Source: an uncultured Bacilli bacterium
GTDB taxonomy: Bacteria; Bacillota_I; Bacilli_A; RFN20; CAG-449
Assembly (NCBI GenBank): GCA_947632435.1
Contig: CANRPC010000007.1
Location: 15,327 to 79,326, forward strand
Direction of reading: 5' to 3'
DNA length: 64,000 bases
Both the position numbers and the translations under genes were made by a program. How positions within the stretch are numbered: the first letter of the stretch is position 1; each line of letters starts with the position of its first letter. A model generated the notes under the pieces. It made no database searches. It was not told the origin of the DNA and saw nothing but the letters and a program-made list of their open reading frames with translations. Shown piece by piece: positions 28,333 to 39,082 of the stretch.

Positions 28333-30458
28333 ATATTGAAGAACAATTAGCAAAAGATTTAGATTTAAATTTAAATCGTGTTCAAGTAGTTATTAATTTA
28401 ATTAAAGAAGGTAATACAATTCCCTTTATTGCCCGTTACCGAAAAGAAATGACGGGTAATATGGATGATGTTACTTTAAGAGCATTTGAAGAAAGATATA
28501 ATTATTTACTTTCCTTTAAAGAAAGAGAGAAAACAATTTTAACATCTTTAGAAGAACAAGGTGTTTTAAATGATGAATTAAAAGCTAAAATTGAATCTTG
28601 TAAAACTCTTTCAGAACTTGAAGATTTATATCTTCCTTATAAACCAAAACGTAAAACAAGAGCTTCAGTTGCTAAAGCCAAAGGACTTTTACCTCTTGCT
28701 GAAGTTATATTAAAACAAAAAAGAATAGATGATTTTTCTAATTTTGTTTCTTCTTTTGTATCTGAAGAAGAAAATAAAGCTCATTCAAATGAAGAAGCTT
28801 TGCAAGGCGCCAAAGATATTATCGCAGAAATTATTTCTGATGATGCTGATATAAGAAAAGTATTACGAAAAAATATATTTTTTGATGGCATTATCAAAAC
28901 ACAAAAAAATAAAGATAATCATGTATATGAAATGTATTATGATTATCAAGAACAAGTTAAAAGAATTCCTTCACATCGAATTTTGGCAATTAATCGTGGT
29001 GAAAATGAAGGTGTTCTTAAAGTTAAAATAGAATGTGATAATGAAAGAAATATTTCTTTTATTAAGAAAAAATATGTGCGTTTTGAAACTTATCAAGATA
29101 TTCTTTTTGAAGCAATTGAAGATAGTTATTCACGCTTATTATTTCCATCATTAGAAAATGAGTTGCGGTCTGAACTTAGTAAAAAAGCGGAAGATAAAGC
29201 TTTAATAGTATTCAAAGCTAATCTTAAAGAATTACTTATGGAAGCACCAATTAAAGAGAAAACTGTTCTTGGATTTGATCCTGCATATCGAACTGGTTGT
29301 AAACTTGCTTGTGTAGATAAATTTTCTCGTGTTCTTGCAACAGGGGTTATTTATCCAACACCACCACAAAATAGAGTTGAAGATAGCAAGAAAGTTATTC
29401 TAGATTGGATAAAAAAATATCATATTGATTTAGTATCATTAGGAAATGGTACAGCTTCAAGAGAATCAGAAGCCTTTTTAAAAGACGTATTAAAAGATAC
29501 CTCTGTTGAGTATATTATTACTGATGAATCAGGAGCTTCGGTATATTCTGCTTCTAAACTGGGAAGTGAAGAATTTCCAGATTTTGATGTTGCTTTAAGA
29601 AGTGCGGTTTCTATGGCAAGAAGAGTACAAGATCCTTTATGTGAACTTGTCAAAATACCTCCTAAATCAATAGGTGTAGGACAATATCAACATGATATGA
29701 ATCAAAAGCGATTAGAGGAAACTCTAGATAATGTTGTTATCGATTGTGTTAATTATGTCGGGGTAAATTTAAATACGGCTTCAAAATCATTACTAAGTTA
29801 TATTTCAGGTATTTCTTCGTCTCTTGCTGATAATATTTTGCAATATAAAAAAGAAAATGGAGCCTTTAAATCAAAAGAGGAATTAAAAAAAGTTAAAAAA
29901 TTAGGCCCTAAAGCATATGAACAATGTGCTGGATTTTTACGCATAGAAAATGGGTTAAATCCTTTAGATAATACAGGAATTCACCCTGAAAATTATCTTA
30001 AAGCAGAAGAAATAATAAATTATCTAGGATATAAAATTTCCGATATTGGAAGTGATAAATTAAGTGAAGCTCTTGATAATTTAAATTTATCAGAAATTAG
30101 TCAAAAGTTTGATATTGGAGAATTAACTTTAAACGATATCATCGTCGAACTAAAAAAACCAGGTAGAGATGTTAGAGATTTATCAAAAAGAGTAATTTTA
30201 GCTCATGATGTAACAACAATTGAGGAATTAAAAATAGGTATGATTCTTCAAGGAACAGTTAAAAATATTATGGATTTTGGGGCATTTGTTGATATTGGAG
30301 TTCATCAAGATGGTTTAGTACATATTTCTGAAATATCTTCAAATCATATTAAACATCCTTTAGATGCTTTAACTTTGCATCAAGTTGTTAAAGTTAAAGT
30401 ATTAGCTGTTGATATTGCTAAAAAAAGAATTTCTTTATCAATAAAACAAGCAAATTAG
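28329..30458 (+). CDS. tex: Transcription accessory protein Tex (YqgF/HhH/S1 domains).
   Basis: N-terminal IPFIARYRKE motif and a C-terminal S1 domain; 709 aa; ATGA overlap with the upstream gene. Confidence 0.9.
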   Translation: MNIEEQLAKDLDLNLNRVQVVINLIKEGNTIPFIARYRKEMTGNMDDVTLRAFEERYNYLLSFKEREKTILTSLEEQGVLNDELKAKIESCKTLSELEDLYLPYKPKRKTRASVAKAKGLLPLAEVILKQKRIDDFSNFVSSFVSEEENKAHSNEEALQGAKDIIAEIISDDADIRKVLRKNIFFDGIIKTQKNKDNHVYEMYYDYQEQVKRIPSHRILAINRGENEGVLKVKIECDNERNISFIKKKYVRFETYQDILFEAIEDSYSRLLFPSLENELRSELSKKAEDKALIVFKANLKELLMEAPIKEKTVLGFDPAYRTGCKLACVDKFSRVLATGVIYPTPPQNRVEDSKKVILDWIKKYHIDLVSLGNGTASRESEAFLKDVLKDTSVEYIITDESGASVYSASKLGSEEFPDFDVALRSAVSMARRVQDPLCELVKIPPKSIGVGQYQHDMNQKRLEETLDNVVIDCVNYVGVNLNTASKSLLSYISGISSSLADNILQYKKENGAFKSKEELKKVKKLGPKAYEQCAGFLRIENGLNPLDNTGIHPENYLKAEEIINYLGYKISDIGSDKLSEALDNLNLSEISQKFDIGELTLNDIIVELKKPGRDVRDLSKRVILAHDVTTIEELKIGMILQGTVKNIMDFGAFVDIGVHQDGLVHISEISSNHIKHPLDALTLHQVVKVKVLAVDIAKKRISLSIKQAN

Positions 30459-30504
30459 TTTAGTTTATTTTTATTAAATGTTAAGATGTAAAAGGTGATT
30501 AGTT

Positions 30505-31716
30505 GTGAACTTATTTTTAGAAGAGCAAGATTCTTATCAAGTAAAAAAAACATCTTTAATTGCAGATTATGATTATAAGACTTTAATTATGCTTTATCAA
30601 CCAATTATTGGTGCGAAAGCTTTAAGTCTATATTTTACTTTGCTTTTTGATTCTTCTTTTCAAGAATGGTTTAATATAAATTCACATTTAGAATTATCTA
30701 AAAAAACGGAACTTAATCTTTTAGAAATATATAATGCCCGTAAGAAATTAGAGGCTATTGGTCTTTTAAAAACCTTACGAAAAGTTGAAGATAATTGTGT
30801 TTTGTATATTTATGAACTTAAAGCACCAAAAACCCCAGATTCATTCTTTAATGATCCTTTATTTTATGGTTTATTAGAAAGTGTTATATCAAAAAAACAT
30901 TTATCAAGATTGAAACATTTTTTTAAATTTCAAAATAATAAATACGATGATAATTTCTTAGATATTTCAGCTGATTTTAACTCTGTTTATAGCGATTTAT
31001 CTTTGAAACTTAATGTTAATAATGAAATGTTTTATGCTCGAAAAGAAAGCATTATAAAAAATGAATTTAATGAAAAAAAATTTGCAAAATTGTTAAGTGA
31101 TAAATACGCGATAAGTTCAAAAAATATTCATGAAGATTTTTTAAATCAAATTTCCCGTATTGCTCTTTTATTTAATTATGATGAAGAAGCAATGGCGTTA
31201 TTTTCTAGTAATTTTTATCATCCACATGAAGAAAATCCTTTTGATTTAGATGAAATTTATGATGCCTGTAAAAAAGCTTTAATTATACCTTTAAATAATG
31301 AAAAATCATCGGGCTATAAAGTTTATGAACAAGATGATTTATTGGCGAAAAAAATTAATTTATTAAATGATACTTCGCCGATTGAATATTTTCGTTTAAA
31401 AAGTCATAATACTTATCCTTCACCTTCTGATATAAATATAATTAATATTTTATCTAAAGACTATAACTTATCAAATGGGGTAATTAATGTTATAATTGAT
31501 CAAACTCTTGATGCCTGTAATCAAGATTTTCCTAAAGCATATTGTGAAAAAATTGCCGCGAAATTAAAAAGATTAGATGTAAAAAATGCTTTAGAGGCCA
31601 TAAATGCCTTAAAGAAACGTAAAACTAAGACAAAAAAAGAAGTTAAAGATGATTTATCTATTCAAGAAGATGATATTGATTTAGAAGCATTAAAGAAAGA
31701 AGGCGAAAATTTATAA
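30505..31716 (+). CDS. DnaD-domain replication initiation/helicase-loading protein (Bacillus DnaB-like).
   Basis: DnaB_2/DnaD-like N-terminus and pairing with dnaI immediately downstream, as in Firmicutes. Confidence 0.65.
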   Translation: MNLFLEEQDSYQVKKTSLIADYDYKTLIMLYQPIIGAKALSLYFTLLFDSSFQEWFNINSHLELSKKTELNLLEIYNARKKLEAIGLLKTLRKVEDNCVLYIYELKAPKTPDSFFNDPLFYGLLESVISKKHLSRLKHFFKFQNNKYDDNFLDISADFNSVYSDLSLKLNVNNEMFYARKESIIKNEFNEKKFAKLLSDKYAISSKNIHEDFLNQISRIALLFNYDEEAMALFSSNFYHPHEENPFDLDEIYDACKKALIIPLNNEKSSGYKVYEQDDLLAKKINLLNDTSPIEYFRLKSHNTYPSPSDINIINILSKDYNLSNGVINVIIDQTLDACNQDFPKAYCEKIAAKLKRLDVKNALEAINALKKRKTKTKKEVKDDLSIQEDDIDLEALKKEGENL

Positions 31717-32621
31717 TGGATAAATTAATTATTCCTGATATTAATCAAAGTATTTTTTCTCCTTTAAAAGAAGAAGCATTAATTAAAATTAAAAATGAAC
31801 CATTATTTAAAAGTTTTATTGAAGAAAATAATTTATCAGATGAAATTATTAAAAATAATGCATCTAATTTTCTTCGGGTTTTAGAAGATAAAAAAAAGTG
31901 TGAAAATTGCAAAGGTAAATGCCAAAAATCACCTCAAAAAATTCAAAAAGAATTAGTCTACTTTAAAGACAAATCTAAAGTAGATGTTGCTTTTAATACT
32001 TGTGATTATTACAAAAAAATAAACTCTATTAAAAGAAAATTTTTTAAGATGGATTTTCCTGAAAACTATTTAGAATTTGATTATAGTAAAGAATTATTGA
32101 ATAATGATTATTTTAAAGCACGGGCCAAAGTAATTAAATATTTAAATTCTCTTTTAAAACAAGAAAATCATAAAGGACTTTATTTATATGGTCAAAACAA
32201 AATTGGAAAAAGCTTTATATTAGCCTTATTTTGTAAAAAATATCTCGAAAAATTTGATAAAAGTGTTGCTTTTTGTGCTTCTGATGATTTGTTTTTAGAA
32301 ATGAAAGATTTATTCTTTAATGACAAAAACGCTTTTAGTGATTTTATGTTAAATTTAACTAATCTAGATTTATTAGTTATTGATGGCTTAGGAAGTGAAG
32401 CAAAATCTGATTTTAGTCGTGATAGTTTTCTTTGTCCTTTATTAGAAGCAAGATTCAAACATAATAAATTAACTTTATTTACTTCTAATTTTACCATTGA
32501 TGAAATTGTTAAGATGTATTCTTTTTCTAGTGCAAGTTTACCAAAGGTTAAACAGCTTTCTTCTTTAATTAAAAGCATGGCAGATGAAATTGAATTAATT
32601 AGTACAAGCTTTATTTTTTAA
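31716..32621 (+). CDS. dnaI: Primosomal helicase loader DnaI.
   Basis: N-terminal Cys cluster (CENCKGKC), AAA+ Walker A GQNKIGKS and Walker B LLVIDGLG. Confidence 0.7.
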   Translation: MDKLIIPDINQSIFSPLKEEALIKIKNEPLFKSFIEENNLSDEIIKNNASNFLRVLEDKKKCENCKGKCQKSPQKIQKELVYFKDKSKVDVAFNTCDYYKKINSIKRKFFKMDFPENYLEFDYSKELLNNDYFKARAKVIKYLNSLLKQENHKGLYLYGQNKIGKSFILALFCKKYLEKFDKSVAFCASDDLFLEMKDLFFNDKNAFSDFMLNLTNLDLLVIDGLGSEAKSDFSRDSFLCPLLEARFKHNKLTLFTSNFTIDEIVKMYSFSSASLPKVKQLSSLIKSMADEIELISTSFIF

Positions 32622-32656
32622 TTAACATAGCACGACTTTTAACATCATAAAATAAA

Positions 32657-32866
32657 ATGGTGATAGTCGTGTTTTTATTTACAGATCAGCTTATAAAAAT
32701 TACTCAATTTAAAAAAATTAATTATCTTTCAAAGCAAGAAATTATTCTTGAGCTTGTTAAATATAAACTTAAGATAACTGGTGAAGATCTTTTCATTACT
32801 TATTTTTATTCTGAAGAAATTTTTATTAAGGGAAAATTATTAAAGGTGGAAATATTATGGAAATAG
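32657..32866 (+). CDS. YqfC-like small sporulation protein.
   Basis: The ORF is 69 aa and sits immediately upstream of, and overlapping, the YqfD-like gene, matching the Bacillus yqfC-yqfD-...-ybeY order. Confidence 0.35.
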   Translation: MVIVVFLFTDQLIKITQFKKINYLSKQEIILELVKYKLKITGEDLFITYFYSEEIFIKGKLLKVEILWK

Positions 32867-33786
32867 TATCATCTTTATATTTAATCGAAGTGAATTATTA
32901 TTCCGAAAGTGCTTTATTAAACTTGCTTAAAGATGCAAATATTAGAGTTTATAATTTTACTTTAAAGAAGGAATATTTATTTAGTTTTAAAATTGAAGCT
33001 AAACAATATAAAATTTTAAAAAGGGTATTAAAGGAATTTAAAATTGTTAAAAAAGAAGGATTTTTGCCTTTTTTAAAAAAGCAGTTATTTCATCGGGTAA
33101 CCATTTTAGCTTCGATTCTTTCGCTGATCTTATTTTCTTTTTGTACAACTTTATTATTAAAAATAAATATAGAAGGTACAAATAAGCAAATTAATGAAAA
33201 TATTTCTTTATACCTTGAACAAAAAAATATTAAAAAATTTTCTTTTAAACCATCGTTAAAGCATTTAAAAGAATTGAAAGATGAATTTTTTCTTAATAAT
33301 CTTAACAGTTTAGAAACTATTGAATTTATTATGGAGGGAAATGTTTTATTTGTACATTATTCATTAAAGAAAAAGACAATAGAAATTGAAAAAAAACATG
33401 GTAAAATGTTTGCAAAAAAAGATGCGATAATTGATAAAATTGAAATTTCTTCAGGAAATGTTTTAGTAAAAGAATATCAATTTGTTAAACGTGGAGAATT
33501 AATCGTTGATGATTATTTATATTATAAAGATAATCCAATTTATGTAGGTACACGCGGAAAAATATATGGCTATACTTATGAATCTGTTTTAGTAAGTGTT
33601 TATTATGAAGGTAATAAAGATGATTGTTTTATTTATCTACTTGATGAAGCAAGAAGAGAAGTATCTTCTTCTTTTCAAGACAATGAACATATTGAAAAAG
33701 AAGTAATTAATGATTTTTATAATAAAAATAATTATATTTTTTTAAATATTTCATATAAACTTTATGAAAATATTGTGGAATTTTAA
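32857..33786 (+). CDS. YqfD-like (stage IV sporulation) membrane protein.
   Basis: An N-terminal domain of about 90 aa, then KEGFLPFLKK followed by a single TM, matches the YqfD signature layout. Synteny with ybeY-cdd-era-recO downstream supports the call. Confidence 0.5.
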   Translation: MEIVSSLYLIEVNYYSESALLNLLKDANIRVYNFTLKKEYLFSFKIEAKQYKILKRVLKEFKIVKKEGFLPFLKKQLFHRVTILASILSLILFSFCTTLLLKINIEGTNKQINENISLYLEQKNIKKFSFKPSLKHLKELKDEFFLNNLNSLETIEFIMEGNVLFVHYSLKKKTIEIEKKHGKMFAKKDAIIDKIEISSGNVLVKEYQFVKRGELIVDDYLYYKDNPIYVGTRGKIYGYTYESVLVSVYYEGNKDDCFIYLLDEARREVSSSFQDNEHIEKEVINDFYNKNNYIFLNISYKLYENIVEF

Positions 33787-33834
33787 TTAAAATCGATTTT
33801 TTCCTTAATTGTATTATTAAGGAGAAAATTTATA

Positions 33835-34950
33835 ATGAAAACTAAAGTTTTTTATCAATTAAATGACCATGATTGTGGTTTAGCGGCATTAAAAAGTATG
33901 CTCTATTATTATAGCAATGGAAACAATTTAATAAAGGAAGAAGATTTAAATCATGAAGAATATTCCTTTTACGATTTAAAAGAAATTGCCAAAAAAAATG
34001 ATATGGAAGTTAAGGGTGTAGAAGTTATGAATATTGCTGAACTTAAACCCTCGATTATTCAAGTTAAATATAATGAAATAACGCATTTTTTGTTTTTTCT
34101 GAAAATAAAAAATAATTATGTATATGTCATTGATCCAAGCTATGGTAAAAGAAAAATTAAACGTGATTATTTTGAAAATATATTTTTAAAAAAGGCTTTG
34201 ATATTTGAAGATATTAAAATAAATAAAAAACATCATTCTTTTTCTTTTGATAGCTTTTTTGCAATATGTTTTGAATTTATCTTTTATTTGCCATTTTTCT
34301 TTTTTCTCTTTGAAATATTAATTACTAAATATATTCATATGTTCACGATTGCTTTGATTTTATTATCTTTTATTATTAAGAAATTTTTATTATTAATAAG
34401 AATGAATTCCTATGATAAAAAAATTGAAAATATTTTAAAACAAGATGAATTACAAGAAGAATATATTAAAAAACTATATTTATATAAAAAGGCTAAATTT
34501 TCTTTTCCAAGTTCCTTTTATAGTTTTATTCTTTTTAATTTTTCCTTTTTTCTTTTTACCTTACTTTTAAAAGGTGGATATTTAATCGCATTATTTTATT
34601 TAATTTATTTACTTTATAAAATATATGAACTTAAAAACACTTTGAATCATATATATTTAATGGGGGATTATTTCCAAATTACGACAAATCAATATCAAAA
34701 ATATAAAAATGCCAATAATTTAGCTAATAAATTTATTTTAAAAAGAGAAACTCTTAAAACAATATTCAGTGTTTTCCTTATTATCTTAACTTTTCTTTTA
34801 AATCACTTCTTATGGCAATCAAATGAACTTGTTTTAAGTTTATGTTTATTTGAAATCTATCTTTTACAAAAAGACGATTTATATGAATTTCAAAGGATGT
34901 ATAAACAAATAGAAATAGGGAAAACTATATATCGTAATCTAAGGAAATGA
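33835..34950 (+). CDS. Peptidase C39 (double-glycine/bacteriocin-processing) domain fused to about six TM helices, with no ABC ATPase domain.
   Basis: N-terminal NDHDCGLAALKSMLYY (catalytic Cys), downstream THFLFF (His) and VIDPSYG (Asp). Six hydrophobic helices follow. The ORF ends at 371 aa with no Walker motifs. Confidence 0.55.
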   Translation: MKTKVFYQLNDHDCGLAALKSMLYYYSNGNNLIKEEDLNHEEYSFYDLKEIAKKNDMEVKGVEVMNIAELKPSIIQVKYNEITHFLFFLKIKNNYVYVIDPSYGKRKIKRDYFENIFLKKALIFEDIKINKKHHSFSFDSFFAICFEFIFYLPFFFFLFEILITKYIHMFTIALILLSFIIKKFLLLIRMNSYDKKIENILKQDELQEEYIKKLYLYKKAKFSFPSSFYSFILFNFSFFLFTLLLKGGYLIALFYLIYLLYKIYELKNTLNHIYLMGDYFQITTNQYQKYKNANNLANKFILKRETLKTIFSVFLIILTFLLNHFLWQSNELVLSLCLFEIYLLQKDDLYEFQRMYKQIEIGKTIYRNLRK

Positions 34951-35165
34951 TGTTAAGATGATCTATTTTATTATTAGTTTATATTGTATATTGGTTATTT
35001 CTTTTTGTCTTTTTACACATGGATTTGCAAATCATATCCATAAGATAGAAAAACACATAAAAAAATAAGCTTAAATAACAATTTATCACATCTTGAAAAA
35101 TGAAAAGCGTTTATTCTTTATCAAAATAATTATTTATGATAAAATTAATCAAAGGACATTAATTA

Positions 35166-35614
35166 TGGAGATAGAATTTACCTTTTCAAACGATGTTGAG
35201 CAAGAATATGATTTTTTAGAAAATCATTTTTTGTCATTAAGTAAAAGAGTTTTTAATCATTTAAAATTAGATTCATATTTTATTTTTGAAGTAAATTTAG
35301 TTTCTTTAGCGAAAATTCAAAATATTAATAATACTTATCGGAACATTGATAAAGTTACTGATGTAATTTCTTTTGCCTTTGAAGATGATGTAGATAATAT
35401 TTTTTCTACACCGAGAATCTTAGGTGAAATTTTTATTTGTATTGATAAAGCTAAAGAACAAGCTAAAGAATATAATCATTCTTTTTTAAGAGAGGTTTCC
35501 TTTCTTTTTGTTCATGGATTACTTCATTTATTAGGTTATGATCATATGAAAAAAGAAGATGAAGTAATTATGTTTAAATTGCAAGATGAAATTCTTGATC
35601 CTTTAAATTTATGA
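35166..35614 (+). CDS. ybeY: Endoribonuclease YbeY (rRNA maturation).
   Basis: HGLLHLLGYDH metal-binding motif. The start is revised to MEIEFTF, giving a typical length of about 150 aa. Confidence 0.85.
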
Positions 35615-35622
35615 GGTGTTTT

Positions 35623-36024
35623 ATGAAAGTATTAGATTTGATAAAAAAAGCTAAAGAAGCCCAAAATTTTTCTTTTAGTCCATATTCAAAATTCCCTGTA
35701 GGGGCAATATTGGAAATGAAAGATGGTAATTTAATTAAAGGAGCAAATATTGAAAATGCTTCTTATCCTCTTTCTTGTTGTGCAGAAAGAGTAGCTTTAT
35801 TTTCTGCGAGAATGAAAGGATATAAAAAAGAAGATATTGTTTCTTTAACAATCGTGGCAAATTGTGATAATTATTGTTTCCCATGTGGAGCCTGTCGTCA
35901 AGTAATTTCCGAATTAATGCCTAAAGAAGCAAAAATTTATTGTGTGAATAAAAACGGTGAATATTTAAAACTTTCAATTGATGATTTATTACCACATGCT
36001 TTTAGTGATGGTGATTTAAAATGA
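35623..36024 (+). CDS. cdd: Cytidine deaminase.
   Basis: CAER...PCGACRQ zinc-binding motifs, about 133 aa, with a GAGGTG RBS before the ATG at 35623. Confidence 0.85.
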   Translation: MKVLDLIKKAKEAQNFSFSPYSKFPVGAILEMKDGNLIKGANIENASYPLSCCAERVALFSARMKGYKKEDIVSLTIVANCDNYCFPCGACRQVISELMPKEAKIYCVNKNGEYLKLSIDDLLPHAFSDGDLK

Positions 36025-36902
36025 AAAGTGGCTTTATAACAATCATTGGAAAAACTAATGCTGGTAAATCGACTCTTGTAAATCAAATTCTTAAAAAAAA
36101 AGTTAGTATTGTAACATATAAAGCTCAAACGACTAGAAACGCAATTCAGGGTATTTATAATGATGAAGATTCGCAAATTATATTCATCGATACTCCAGGT
36201 ATTTTAAAACCACGTTGTGAATTAGATACTTTTATGAGTAAAGAAGCATTTACTTCATTAAGCGATGTCGAAGGAGTAATTTATTTAATTGATGCGAGTA
36301 AAGAATTTGATGAAAAAACTAATTTAGAAATGAAGAGTCGTTTAGCAACATTAAAAGTTCCCTTATTTATTGTTTTGAATAAAATAGATTTATCTAATAT
36401 ATTATTGATGAATGAATTAAAAAAACAATATAGTGAATATTTTAAGGATGCAAAAATTATTGAAATTTCTGCTTTAGATGGTTTTAATGTTGATTATTTA
36501 ATACAAGAAGTAAAAAATATTTTGCATGAAGGATATCTTTATTATAGTAAAAATTCCTTATCAAATTTTCCATTAAAATTTTTATTTGGGGAATTAATAA
36601 GAGAACAACTATTTTTGCTTTTAAAAGAAGAAATACCATATTCATGCGCGGTTAAAGTAGAAAATTTTGAAAAAAAGAATAATACAATTCATGTACGGGC
36701 AAAAATAATCGTAGAGAAAGAATCACAAAAAGGTATTGTTATAGGTAAAAAAGGCTTGATGTTAAAACAAATTGCTAAAAATTCTAGACTTGAAATGGAA
36801 AAAATAACAAATACTAAGATTAATCTCACTATATTTGTTGGTGTCGAAAATGATTGGAGGAATTCATCACGTATTCTAAAAGAATATGGTTATGAAAAGT
36901 AA
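36021..36902 (+). CDS. era: GTPase Era.
   Basis: G1 motif GKTNAGKST, DTPG, NKID and a C-terminal KH domain. Confidence 0.9.
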   Translation: MKSGFITIIGKTNAGKSTLVNQILKKKVSIVTYKAQTTRNAIQGIYNDEDSQIIFIDTPGILKPRCELDTFMSKEAFTSLSDVEGVIYLIDASKEFDEKTNLEMKSRLATLKVPLFIVLNKIDLSNILLMNELKKQYSEYFKDAKIIEISALDGFNVDYLIQEVKNILHEGYLYYSKNSLSNFPLKFLFGELIREQLFLLLKEEIPYSCAVKVENFEKKNNTIHVRAKIIVEKESQKGIVIGKKGLMLKQIAKNSRLEMEKITNTKINLTIFVGVENDWRNSSRILKEYGYEK

Positions 36903-37624
36903 TGGAATTAGATATTGAAGGTATTGTTATAAGACAAACTCCGTATAAGGAAAAAGATGCAATTGTCAATGTTTTTACTTCTCAAGGAATTGCAACTTTT
37001 TATGCACGCTCTATATTAGCTTTAACTTCAAAAAATGCCTCTTCTTGTTTAATGTATGCCTATTCTCGTTTTTTATTATCTTCTCATGGAGACAAATTAT
37101 TACTTAGAAAAGGGGAATTAATTGATTCATTTTATAATAATTATGAATCGATTGAAAAGATGACATGTTTAGGCGTAATGAGTGAAGTTGTATTTAAAAT
37201 AGCAGGCGAAGATGATGGAAGATTATATGCTTTTTTTTTGAAAATACTTAATTTACTAAAAAATAATTTTGATATTTTAACATTATTATGTATTTTTTTA
37301 GCAAAAGCCATTAATTATTCGGGTTATGCTTTACAATATGAAGAATGTATTCAATGTTCAAGCAAAAAAAATATTGTGGCAGTTGATTATAATTTAGGTG
37401 GTTTTGTTTGTAAAAAATGTTTAAAAACAAAAGAAGTTGAAAATAATTTGTATTTAAAAATATTCCGTTACGTATTTAAAGTAGATATTCAAGATATAGA
37501 TAAAAATATTTTGAATAAAAGTATTTGCATGCGTTTGATTAAAGAATTTTTAGCTTATTTAAAAGCAAAATTCGGTTTTTATAATTTTGCAAGTGAAACA
37601 ATGTTTTTTGAAATTTTCAAATAA
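36902..37624 (+). CDS. recO: DNA repair protein RecO.
   Basis: Size, position after era, and a C-terminal C..C...C..C zinc motif. Confidence 0.75.
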   Translation: MELDIEGIVIRQTPYKEKDAIVNVFTSQGIATFYARSILALTSKNASSCLMYAYSRFLLSSHGDKLLLRKGELIDSFYNNYESIEKMTCLGVMSEVVFKIAGEDDGRLYAFFLKILNLLKNNFDILTLLCIFLAKAINYSGYALQYEECIQCSSKKNIVAVDYNLGGFVCKKCLKTKEVENNLYLKIFRYVFKVDIQDIDKNILNKSICMRLIKEFLAYLKAKFGFYNFASETMFFEIFK

Positions 37625-37706
37625 TTTAAAATTTTCCAATAAAAAGACAATTTTATTTGTTTATATAATGTAAATAGTTTTTTTATGCAATAAAAGGGGA
37701 AAAAAA

Positions 37707-39074
37707 GTGGAAAAGAATTTAGATACAATTGTTAATCATTGTGCTATATATGGATTTGTTTATCAAGGTTCACAAATTTATGGGGGACTTGCTAATTCAT
37801 GGGATTATGGCCCATTAGGAGTTTTATTAAAAAATAATATTAAAGCGGCATGGTGGAAAAAATTTGTTCAAGAACAAAAGATGAATGTAGGTCTTGATCC
37901 TGCAATAATCATGAATTCTAAAGTTTGGCAAGCTACAGGTCATGTTACATCTTTTTCTGATCCTTTGATGGATTGTCGCTTTTGTAAAACTAGACATCGT
38001 GCGGATGAATTAATTGAAAAACAATGTGGTTTTGAATGTTCAAATATGTCAAATGAAGAGATGATGTCATTTATTAAAGAACATAATGTCAAATGTCCAA
38101 ATTGCGGCCATAGTGATTTTACGGATATTCGTCAATTTAATTGTATGTTTAAATCACATATTGGTGTTAATGAAAATGATCCAAAATCAGAAGTTTATTT
38201 AAGACCAGAAACGGCACAAGGTTTATTTGTTAATTTTAATAATGTCATGCGTTCACAAAGAAAAAAATTACCTTTTGGAATTTGTGATATTGGTAAATCA
38301 TTTCGTAATGAAATTACTCCAGGTAATTTTATTTTCCGTACTCGTGAATTTGAGCAAATGGAAATGGAATTTTTTACTAAACCAGGTGAAGATTTAAAGT
38401 GGTTTGAATATTGGAAAGATTATTGTTTTAATTTTCTTATTTCTTTAGGAATAAAAAAAGATAATCTTCGCTTCAGAGATCATGATAAAAGTGTTTTAGC
38501 TTTTTATTCCAAAGCAACAACCGATATTGAATATTTATTTCCTTTTGGATGGGGAGAATTATGGGGCATTGCCGATCGAACAGATTATGATTTAAAACGT
38601 CATAGTGAATTTTCTAATGAAAAATTAACTTATTTAGATCCATTTACTAACGAAAGATATGTTCCATATTGTGTTGAACCAGCTTTAGGATGTGATCGTT
38701 TATTTCTTGTTTCTTTATTAGATGCTTATGAAGAAGAACAATTAGAAAATGATTCTAGAGTTGTTTTACACCTTCATCCATTTTTAGCCCCATATAAGGC
38801 GGCTATATTACCACTTAGTAAACAATTGATAAATAAGGCTGAAGAAGTGTTTTCTTCATTAAGCAAATATTTTTCTATAACTTATGATGAAACTGGATCC
38901 ATTGGTAAAAGATACCGTAGACAAGATGCGATTGGAACTCCATTTTGTATAACAGTTGATTTTGATAGTGAAAATGATCAAAAAGTAACTATTAGAAATC
39001 GTGATACAATGGAACAAGTTCGTGTTTCAATAGCAGATTTAAAAAATTATCTTGATAAAAAAATTAACTTTTAG
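37707..39074 (+). CDS. glyS: Glycyl-tRNA synthetase, dimeric alpha2 type.
   Basis: [23 protein letters not shown]-terminus, 455 aa, GTG start with an AAAGGGGA RBS. Confidence 0.9.
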   Translation: MEKNLDTIVNHCAIYGFVYQGSQIYGGLANSWDYGPLGVLLKNNIKAAWWKKFVQEQKMNVGLDPAIIMNSKVWQATGHVTSFSDPLMDCRFCKTRHRADELIEKQCGFECSNMSNEEMMSFIKEHNVKCPNCGHSDFTDIRQFNCMFKSHIGVNENDPKSEVYLRPETAQGLFVNFNNVMRSQRKKLPFGICDIGKSFRNEITPGNFIFRTREFEQMEMEFFTKPGEDLKWFEYWKDYCFNFLISLGIKKDNLRFRDHDKSVLAFYSKATTDIEYLFPFGWGELWGIADRTDYDLKRHSEFSNEKLTYLDPFTNERYVPYCVEPALGCDRLFLVSLLDAYEEEQLENDSRVVLHLHPFLAPYKAAILPLSKQLINKAEEVFSSLSKYFSITYDETGSIGKRYRRQDAIGTPFCITVDFDSENDQKVTIRNRDTMEQVRVSIADLKNYLDKKINF

Positions 39075-39082
39075 AGGTTAAC

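Noticed and set aside
35093-35165. Extended N-terminus for ybeY from 35093.
   Set aside because: YbeY orthologues are about 150 aa and begin near MEIEF. The extension is unconserved low-complexity sequence.
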